DNA of 64,000 nt, from positions 3,928 through 67,927 of the forward strand of contig JAILOU010000018.1 in NCBI GenBank assembly GCA_024690665.1, written 5' to 3'. Position numbers and translations under genes: made by a program. Positions 32,664-40,060 of the stretch are shown here, piece by piece. Positions within the stretch are counted from its first letter, which is position 1. Each line of letters starts with the position of its first letter. A model generated the notes under the pieces. The model did not search any database, was not told where the DNA came from, and was given only the letters and a program-made list of their open reading frames with translations. This DNA is from Eubacterium sp. GTDB lineage: Bacteria; Bacillota; Clostridia; Lachnospirales; Lachnospiraceae.

Positions 32664-32791
32664 AAGACTCGCTCGCGAGTCTTGCGCGCCGGATTCGGGT
32701 CTGCTTCAGCAGACAAATTCCTGTCCGAATCCGTGCGCATCCTCGCGGAGCGTTTAACTCAGTCGGAGCTTATACCCCGACTGAGCTAAAC
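32664..32791. repeat. cluster of nested palindromes (REP-like element)
   Basis: AAGACTCG-ctcg-CGAGTCTT; CGGATTCGG...CCGAATCCG enclosing GTCTGCT-tc-AGCAGAC; CTCAGTCGG...CCGACTGAG. Confidence 0.65.
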
Positions 32792-32812
32792 CACTTTTTA
32801 CGACCCCTACAC

Positions 32813-32841
32813 TAGACTTGTCGAATAATTCTTGCTATAAT
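32813..32841 (+). promoter_or_regulatory. extended -10 sigma-A promoter of the AAA-vWA-DUF4116 operon
   Basis: TAGACT-17 bp-TATAAT with TGn extension (TGCTATAAT). Confidence 0.55.
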
Positions 32842-32934
32842 CCAACTGTACTTAGATACTACTAATTATAATAAGGCTATTCTTAGAAAAGTACGATGAA
32901 TAAAGCAAAAACGAAAAAAGGGGTAACTATTCAC

Positions 32935-34512
32935 ATGAAATCCGTATTTTTAAATCGGACGGCGGTTTCGATTGAGCAGCTCGATCCGCCTTACAACACA
33001 TTAGAAAAACGCACCACAGACAAGGAATGCATTTCCATCTATAACGAAGCACAGCTGATGGCCGGACTTGATCCTCTTGTCGTAAGAGCTGTACAGGCAT
33101 ACTTTTCCAAGGATGCATCAACTGTCTGTCTTGTTAAGATATCTGATACGTCTTATGCCGTAGAAGCAGTCGTTTCAGAAGGTATTTTGCTCGCAACGCT
33201 CTCTGCAAATGGACGTATCCGCGGAGCAATCCGCAAGGACGACGGCTCCTTTATTGCCGTTCCAAATCTTGAAAATGACACTGCTTTTGATACAACTGCT
33301 TTCATTGTAGGATTCTTACCGATTCTTCGGGAGAAATTTCCGGAAGTCGGCGAGATCTTGGACAGCCTGGAAACTTCCTATAATCATCAGGAAGATTTTG
33401 CTGCAAAAGATCTATACAAACTCTCTGACAGTTTAGAGCATCTGTTTACCGACCGCCGGTTTGAGACCGATGAAAAAGGCGGCAACATTGCTCTTTTAGA
33501 AGAAAAGACCATCGAACTTGGCGGTCTATGTTACAACAAAGTTCTTGCCGGTTGTCCAACCATCCTGGCAGAAGATCAGGCGACTTCTGCTAATGAGAAC
33601 CTGACCGTTGCGCAGGCCAAGGCGGAATTTGCTGAATTTTCTTCAAAATTTAACTGGAGTGAAGCCGAGCGCGATCTGATTCCTGTATTTGATGACGACT
33701 TCGCTGTTCCGGTCGAAACTTTAAAGATTGCCCGTCGCTATGTTTTAAGCGCCGGCGAAAAGCGCCCAATGGTGAACTTTATGTGGCGAGGCGTAACCGC
33801 ATATGGAAAATCAACCGGTGTTGAGATTCTCGCCTGCATCCTTGACATGCCGCTTCTTCGCGTCACTTGTAATTCCAATATGGAGACGCAGGATTTCCTA
33901 AGCGACTTCGTTCCAAACACGGACACCTCAGGCGACGCACCAAGATTCAAGCATGTGGAATCCAATTTTGTGAAAGCACTGACGAAAGGTTACATCGTGG
34001 AGGTACAGGAGATTTCCCGTATCAAAGACAGCGGTGTACTCGTTGGTTTAAATGAATACGACAAAGCCGGAAGTATCATCCCGTTAGTAGACGGAAGCTA
34101 CTTAAGAAGACTTGCGCAGTCCATGGTCGTTTACACCGATAATGTCGGTTATAACTCCTGTCGGCCAATCGACCCATCCGTTATAAGACGTATGTCCTTT
34201 ATCATTGACAGCTACGATCTGCCAAAGGATAAAGCACTTGCGCGTCTGGAACTCAACACCGACGTGCACAATCATGGCATCCTTGAAAAATGCTACAACG
34301 TATGGCTTAAGATTCGCGACTACTGTTATACCAAAGGGATCACAGACGGAAGCATCTCCCTGTCAGAACTTGAGATGTGGGTACTTGCCATTAAACTTGA
34401 CGGTTATCAGAATTTCCGTCAAAACTGCGTGGAGTGTGTAGTTGCCAAAGCCACTAACGATATGGAAGAACAAGATGAAATCATTACAGGCGTCGTCGAT
34501 TTGTATCTGTAA
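32935..34512 (+). CDS. AAA+ ATPase of the CbbQ/NirQ/NorQ-MoxR group with a long unknown N-domain
   Basis: GVTAYGKST Walker A, variant Walker B IVEVQEI, YTDNVGY, IDPSVIRR; ATG at 32935 after AAGGGGT (alternative 32896). Confidence 0.8.
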   Translation: MKSVFLNRTAVSIEQLDPPYNTLEKRTTDKECISIYNEAQLMAGLDPLVVRAVQAYFSKDASTVCLVKISDTSYAVEAVVSEGILLATLSANGRIRGAIRKDDGSFIAVPNLENDTAFDTTAFIVGFLPILREKFPEVGEILDSLETSYNHQEDFAAKDLYKLSDSLEHLFTDRRFETDEKGGNIALLEEKTIELGGLCYNKVLAGCPTILAEDQATSANENLTVAQAKAEFAEFSSKFNWSEAERDLIPVFDDDFAVPVETLKIARRYVLSAGEKRPMVNFMWRGVTAYGKSTGVEILACILDMPLLRVTCNSNMETQDFLSDFVPNTDTSGDAPRFKHVESNFVKALTKGYIVEVQEISRIKDSGVLVGLNEYDKAGSIIPLVDGSYLRRLAQSMVVYTDNVGYNSCRPIDPSVIRRMSFIIDSYDLPKDKALARLELNTDVHNHGILEKCYNVWLKIRDYCYTKGITDGSISLSELEMWVLAIKLDGYQNFRQNCVECVVAKATNDMEEQDEIITGVVDLYL

Positions 34513-34524
34513 GGGGGCTTTATT

Positions 34525-36684
34525 ATGAGTCAGTTATTTGCCGACCAGGTAAGAAAATACAAGACCTCCCATCCGGCAGCACAAATCACCTTTGATGACC
34601 TGGTACAGACCCCGCAGTTCTACGATTACGTGAATCGCTATCTGCAATCTCTTACAAGCGATTTCAAACTGCCGATTCATCTCGTCCTTCTTCACGGTAA
34701 GAACGATCAAGAGATTGAAACTTCCCTGCTTGACGGGCGAACAGTCTATGTCAATACGGACAATGCGCAGATTCGCTCCTATGAAAGCAGTGAAAACAAA
34801 ATTCTTTGCATCTTAGGTTATCTGTTTCATGAAATCGGTCATCTGCGTTTTATGGATTATCGCGGTGAGTTATGGGCCGGCAATACCTTTAAGCTTGGGA
34901 AACTCCCATTTGAAAAGGATACGATGCCCAGAATGCGCTATCCGCATCCGGACTTTATGGAAGTAAAGTCCAACCCGCGATTCGCCAAGGTCATGACGAC
35001 AATGTACCGCGCCATTGCAGATGTAATTAGTGATTATCATGATGAAGAAGCGCTGTGCAAGATGTCCGGAAGACTTGTGCGGGAAAGTATCGAAACTGTG
35101 CGCGAAGCACAATTTGCAACGGTTCGTTCCTTAGAGGATATGACCGAAGACATTGAGATTTCAACACTTTCTCTTCTGCTTTCCGCAGTTTTGCAATATG
35201 CGCGTTTTGGTCAGGTCTTTATCTTGCACGAGGATACAGCGCAGTTTCATGTCATCATGGAGATGCTTGACCGCATTAAGCCTGATGTCGATGCCGCTGT
35301 AATGGCCGATGATGTAAAGGAAAAATACATTCAAATCAATTTTATTGTCAACAAATTGTGGCGATACGTAGATTTATACACAGACGGTCCTTCTTCTGAA
35401 TTCGCCTTTGAAGGCAAGGAAGATGAGGACTTTACCGAGTACCGCGAGGAGAATGAACGCGGTTTTCACCAGCCAGCCGAAGATGATGAAGACTGCGAAA
35501 ACTGTGATAATTGTGACAATGACGGCGACAAGGACGAAGCTCCCGGCGGAGATGACTCTGCCGAAGATGGCTCTGCGCAGGATGCCGCCGACATGCTCGA
35601 TTCCATTCAAAGTGCGATGGCAAGTTCCGGTGGTGACAATATCTCAAATATGCCCGCCAATATCTTAAGTGGCGGCATGCAGGAGATTAACGATTCCTCC
35701 TCCGGCGAAGATACCTACCAGCCTTCCGATACCCTAAGCGGCACCGAAGAAGGACAGATCATTAATCTTTCTTTAGAAGAACTGGAAAATGAAATTCGCG
35801 AAGAGGAAGCGGAAGAACAATATGCAAACCAGCAGCACAAAAACACGCTGTCCAAGATAAACAGTGGCAACTATGGCTCCGCCCACACCGGAATCCAGAC
35901 CGATATCCGCCGCGTCAAACCCGATATCAAAGACCGCAATGCTTATGATGAGATTGTCCAAACCCATCATTCCTTTCTTAAAAAAGTGCGAAAAGAGATT
36001 GTCAAAATCATGCAGGAAGAAGCAACTTCCCAGCAACGACGCCGTATGATGGGACGAAGCATCGACACGCGTAATTTATACAAAGTAGACCAGCGCTACT
36101 TCAAACGAAAGAAAAACCCGGAAAAAGAACTTGATATGGCTGTTGCCATCTTAATCGATAACTCCGGTTCTATGAAAGGTCCCCGTATTGATTCTGCAAG
36201 ACAAGCTGCCATCCTTCTTAACGAAGTCTTATTCCAGCTTGAGATTCCGACCATGATTTCTTCTCACAACTGTGAGCTGAATCCTGTCGTTGAAATCTAC
36301 CAGCAATTCGAGGATCGCAAGATTGCCAAATATTCTCTGATGAAGATGAATCCGGCCGGCAACAACCGTGACGGCCTTGCACTTCGCATGGTCGGCGAGC
36401 TATTGTCGCAGCGCACGGAACAAGACAAACTGCTCATCATCATTTCAGACGGACAGCCTAACTCTAATGGCTATAGCGGCGACCTTGCCAGAAAAGACAT
36501 CAAAGAAGCCATGCGACTCATGCGCGGCCAGGGCGTGAAAACCATTGCCTTTGCCATCGGAGATGACAAACCACAGATTCATGCCATCTACGGAGAAGCC
36601 TTTGTCGATATCAGCAACTACGATAAATTTCCGATTCAGCTGTCCGAGCTGATCGAAAGAGAAATTATTTCCAATATTCGATAG
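34525..36684 (+). CDS. CobT/NorD-like protein: HExxH metallopeptidase domain, acidic linker, C-terminal vWA
   Basis: LFHEIGHL; D/E/S-rich linker; MIDAS IDNSGSM, NRDG, ISDGQP. Confidence 0.8.
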   Translation: MSQLFADQVRKYKTSHPAAQITFDDLVQTPQFYDYVNRYLQSLTSDFKLPIHLVLLHGKNDQEIETSLLDGRTVYVNTDNAQIRSYESSENKILCILGYLFHEIGHLRFMDYRGELWAGNTFKLGKLPFEKDTMPRMRYPHPDFMEVKSNPRFAKVMTTMYRAIADVISDYHDEEALCKMSGRLVRESIETVREAQFATVRSLEDMTEDIEISTLSLLLSAVLQYARFGQVFILHEDTAQFHVIMEMLDRIKPDVDAAVMADDVKEKYIQINFIVNKLWRYVDLYTDGPSSEFAFEGKEDEDFTEYREENERGFHQPAEDDEDCENCDNCDNDGDKDEAPGGDDSAEDGSAQDAADMLDSIQSAMASSGGDNISNMPANILSGGMQEINDSSSGEDTYQPSDTLSGTEEGQIINLSLEELENEIREEEAEEQYANQQHKNTLSKINSGNYGSAHTGIQTDIRRVKPDIKDRNAYDEIVQTHHSFLKKVRKEIVKIMQEEATSQQRRRMMGRSIDTRNLYKVDQRYFKRKKNPEKELDMAVAILIDNSGSMKGPRIDSARQAAILLNEVLFQLEIPTMISSHNCELNPVVEIYQQFEDRKIAKYSLMKMNPAGNNRDGLALRMVGELLSQRTEQDKLLIIISDGQPNSNGYSGDLARKDIKEAMRLMRGQGVKTIAFAIGDDKPQIHAIYGEAFVDISNYDKFPIQLSELIEREIISNIR

Positions 36685-36705
36685 TCTCTTAGAAAGGAGC
36701 CGATT

Positions 36706-37464
36706 ATGTCAGAAGAAGATATTATCTATTACATGGGAAAAGTAAAGGAAAATGGAATGAACCTTGAAAAGATTGATGACCCGACTGAAGAGATTTGTCT
36801 GACGGCTGTGAAGAATAATCCATTTGCCCTTCAGTTCGTCAGAAAGCAAACCGACGCGATCTGCGAAGCAGCCGTAAAAAGGCGCGGCTCATCTCTTGCA
36901 CTTGTCAAAAATCGCACACCGCGTATCTGTCAGCTAGCCATTGAGCAGGACGGCATCGCAATTCGCTATGTGCCGGAGAAAAATGCACAGATGTGTCATA
37001 CGGCAATCTCCCGCTCTCCAATGGCGATTCGCTACATTGACCAGACGCCGGAATATTGCCTTGAAGCCGTTCAAAAGGACGGCTGCACGCTGGAATTTAT
37101 CAATGAGCAGACGGAAGAAATCTGTATCGCAGCCATCATGCAGGATCCTGAAGCCATCAAGTTTGTGAAGGATCCAACGCCGCGCATCAAACAATTTGCT
37201 CAGGTTGCCGCCAATCCGGTTCTTGTTCTTGATATGGATGAATTCGATGAAGATCTGTGTATCTTCGCAATCAAGGTAAACTGCGGCATCTTTGAGTGGC
37301 TTGAAACGCAGACCGAGGCCATCTGCTTAGCAGCCGTATCTATGCGCGGAAGGCTCCTTGCATATGTTAAAGAACAGACCCTGGATATCTGCATGGCAGC
37401 CGTAGCCCAAGACCCATCCGCGATTGGATTCGTGAAAGATTACTTCCGTGATGAAATCGCATAA
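36706..37464 (+). CDS. DUF4116-like helical repeat protein
   Basis: About 22-aa repeats of the form QTEEICxxAVxxxxxAxxFV. Confidence 0.7.
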   Translation: MSEEDIIYYMGKVKENGMNLEKIDDPTEEICLTAVKNNPFALQFVRKQTDAICEAAVKRRGSSLALVKNRTPRICQLAIEQDGIAIRYVPEKNAQMCHTAISRSPMAIRYIDQTPEYCLEAVQKDGCTLEFINEQTEEICIAAIMQDPEAIKFVKDPTPRIKQFAQVAANPVLVLDMDEFDEDLCIFAIKVNCGIFEWLETQTEAICLAAVSMRGRLLAYVKEQTLDICMAAVAQDPSAIGFVKDYFRDEIA

Positions 37465-37479
37465 TGTCTTTTTATACAC

Positions 37480-37509
37480 AAAACAGCGAGGAACCCCTCG
37501 CTGTTTTTT
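37480..37509. terminator. bidirectional terminator
   Basis: AAAACAGCGAGG-aacc-CCTCGCTGTTTTT between convergent genes. Confidence 0.75.
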
Positions 37510-37930
37510 ATATGGAATATGTATTGGCACTCGTATCTAACAGATCTTGAAGCGTTACACTTTCCAAATAATCTTCTATAATCCTGTCTAGTTTTTTCCA
37601 CATAGGAAGTGTAATACAATCCGCCTCCTTGTCGCACTCGCCCGGGCAATCCAGACACGAAACCGGAGCCATCGACCCTTCTGTCGTCTTTAAGATTGCC
37701 GCCATCGTGTACTTATCCGGCGTGTAGGATAACCGGTATCCGCCGAACTTACCTCTTGTACTTTGCACGTATCCGGCCTTATTGAGAAGTGCAATAATCA
37801 TCTCCAGATATTTGTTGGACAGATCCTGCCTCTTCGCAATATCTTTTAGTGATATATAGCCATCTCCCTGATGCATCGCCAGATCGAGCATTACTCGAAT
37901 CGCATATCTTCCTTTTGTTGAAATCTTCAC
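37508..37930 (-). CDS. Rrf2-family regulator (IscR/CymR-like, Cys-rich)
   Basis: ISTKGRYAIR, YLE...L, STRGKFGGY; CLDC...C...C. Confidence 0.92.
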   Translation of the reverse strand: MKISTKGRYAIRVMLDLAMHQGDGYISLKDIAKRQDLSNKYLEMIIALLNKAGYVQSTRGKFGGYRLSYTPDKYTMAAILKTTEGSMAPVSCLDCPGECDKEADCITLPMWKKLDRIIEDYLESVTLQDLLDTSANTYSI

Positions 37931-37945
37931 GTTCTGCCTCCTGTC

Positions 37946-39016
37946 TTATAAGATGATGCCACCACCGACAACAACATCTCCATCATACAATACTACCGAC
38001 TGCCCCTTTGTAATCGCCCTTTGCGGCTCGTCAAACTGCACCTTAATGCGTCCATCTTCAAGCTGCCAGACCGACGCCGGCTGCTGTTTGTGTCGATAGC
38101 GCACCTTCGCCTGTACACGCATGCCGTCTTCAATCTTCGAAACCGAAATCAGATTGACATCTGTTGCATATAAAGTATCAGAAAATAAGCCATCGCCATG
38201 CGTTAAAACCACTTCGTTCTTTACCGGGTCAATCCTGGTTACGAACAGCGGCGCACTGCTTGAAATCCCAAGTCCTTTTCGCTGTCCAATCGTATAGTGA
38301 ATCAGCCCCTTATGACGACCCAGGACATTTCCCTTATCATCTACAAAATCACCCGGCTCACAAGCCTTTCCCCGATATGACTCAATAAATCCGGCATAAT
38401 CTCCATCCGGTACAAAACAGATATCTTGCGAATCGGACTTGTGTGCATTGACGAACCCTTCCGCTTCAGCAATTTCACGAACCTTTGACTTTGTCATCTC
38501 CCCAAGTGGGAAGTAGACATGTGCAAGCTGCTCCTGCGTCAGGTTATATAGAACATAACTTTGATCTTTTGTTTCATCCACTGCTTTTTTCAGCAGATAA
38601 CGCCCGGTGTTCTCATCATACTGAATCCTGGCATAGTGCCCCGTCACTACGATTTCACACCCCCGCTCCATTGCCGCATCATAGAGCTTATCAAATTTCA
38701 TATAACGATTACAATCAATACATGGATTCGGCGTACCACCCTGCTCATAAGTACAGACGAATTTCTCAATAATCTGCTGCTTAAACTCCACCGTATAATC
38801 GACAACCGTATAAGGAATTCCCATGCGGTTTGTAATGCGCATGGCATCTTCAATATCTTTATCTGAGCAGCAGGTCTTACAAAGCTTGTCTTCCTCTTGT
38901 TCTTTCTCAAACAGGCGCATGGTAACGCCCTCGCACCGGTATCCCTTTTTCATTGTCAAAAGTGCCGATACCGAACTATCGACACCTCCACTCATTGCAA
39001 TTAATGCTTTCTTCAC
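37946..39016 (-). CDS. mnmA: tRNA 2-thiouridylase
   Basis: AMSGGVDSSV, TPNPCIDCN, TGHYA, KDQSY, DSQDICF, YTIGQRKGL. Confidence 0.96.
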   Translation of the reverse strand: MKKALIAMSGGVDSSVSALLTMKKGYRCEGVTMRLFEKEQEEDKLCKTCCSDKDIEDAMRITNRMGIPYTVVDYTVEFKQQIIEKFVCTYEQGGTPNPCIDCNRYMKFDKLYDAAMERGCEIVVTGHYARIQYDENTGRYLLKKAVDETKDQSYVLYNLTQEQLAHVYFPLGEMTKSKVREIAEAEGFVNAHKSDSQDICFVPDGDYAGFIESYRGKACEPGDFVDDKGNVLGRHKGLIHYTIGQRKGLGISSSAPLFVTRIDPVKNEVVLTHGDGLFSDTLYATDVNLISVSKIEDGMRVQAKVRYRHKQQPASVWQLEDGRIKVQFDEPQRAITKGQSVVLYDGDVVVGGGIIL

Positions 39017-39033
39017 TTATCTTTCTCCAATTT

Positions 39034-39969
39034 CTAATTGGCAAATAATGCCGTAGACAGATATCGATCGCCGGAATCCGGAAGAAGCACAACAATCGTC
39101 TTGCACTTATTCTCCGGTCTCTTAGCAAGAATCTGTGCGCCCTTTAATGCTGCTCCGGAAGAGATTCCGACCAAGATTCCTTCTGTCTGTGCAAATGCTC
39201 TTCCTTCTGTAAATGCGTCCTCATTTTCAATTGCAAGAACCTCGTCATAAATCTTGGTATTCAGCGCCTTTGGAATAAAGCCGGCTCCGATTCCCTGAAT
39301 CTTATGTGCGCCCGGTGTTCCCTTTGATAAAACGGCGCTTGTAGCAGGCTCGACCGCCACAATCTTAACATCCGGATTTTGCTCTTTTAAGTATTCTCCG
39401 ATTCCGCTGATGGTTCCACCGGTTCCAACGCCTGCAACGAAGATATCCACCTTACCATCTGTCTGTTCCCAAATCTCCGGTCCGGTCGTCGCCTTATGTG
39501 CTGCCGGGTTGGCCGGATTGTCAAACTGTCCAAGGATGATGGAATCTTCAATCTCCTTATTGAGCTGCTCTGCCTTTTCAATGGCGCCTTTCATTCCCTT
39601 AGCACCTTCTGTTAAGACAAGCTGTGCGCCATATGCCTTTAACAGATTTCTACGCTCTACGGACATTGTGTCCGGAAGTGTCAAAAGGGTACGATATCCC
39701 TTTACCGCTCCGACTGCTGCCAGACCGATTCCGGTATTTCCCGATGTTGGCTCGATAATGGTTGCGCCCGGTTTTAATTTGCCAGATTTTTCTGCATCTT
39801 CAATCATGGCCAGTGCCACGCGATCCTTAACCGAACCTGCCGGATTTAGGAATTCCATCTTACCAAGAATCGTTGCCTGCGTAATGCCCGCCTTGGCAGA
39901 ATATCTGCTGAGTTTCAAAAGCGGTGTATGTCCAATTAGCTGTGTTGCATCTTCGTAAATCTTACCCAT
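39034..39969 (-). CDS. cysK: cysteine synthase A
   Basis: NPAGSVKDR, EPTSGNTG, GVGTGGT, HKIQGIG, DSGDRYLST. Confidence 0.96.
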   Translation of the reverse strand: MGKIYEDATQLIGHTPLLKLSRYSAKAGITQATILGKMEFLNPAGSVKDRVALAMIEDAEKSGKLKPGATIIEPTSGNTGIGLAAVGAVKGYRTLLTLPDTMSVERRNLLKAYGAQLVLTEGAKGMKGAIEKAEQLNKEIEDSIILGQFDNPANPAAHKATTGPEIWEQTDGKVDIFVAGVGTGGTISGIGEYLKEQNPDVKIVAVEPATSAVLSKGTPGAHKIQGIGAGFIPKALNTKIYDEVLAIENEDAFTEGRAFAQTEGILVGISSGAALKGAQILAKRPENKCKTIVVLLPDSGDRYLSTALFAN

Positions 39970-39997
39970 TGTAATGTACTCCTTTATTCCCTATTAT

Positions 39998-40060
39998 CCT
40001 ATGTCTATTATAGGCTTTGCATGATGCTAAAAATATAGCATCCTGTCATCCACCTGTCAA
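39998..40060 (-). promoter_or_regulatory. cysK promoter plus downstream palindromic operator (probable Rrf2 site)
   Basis: TTGACA-17 bp-TATATT (40060-40032) with TGn; CCTAT-N7-ATAGG at 39998-40014. Confidence 0.55.

Noticed and set aside
32935-36684. cobS/cobT or norQ/norD assignment
   Set aside because: Only family-level similarity; no cobN or nor genes nearby.
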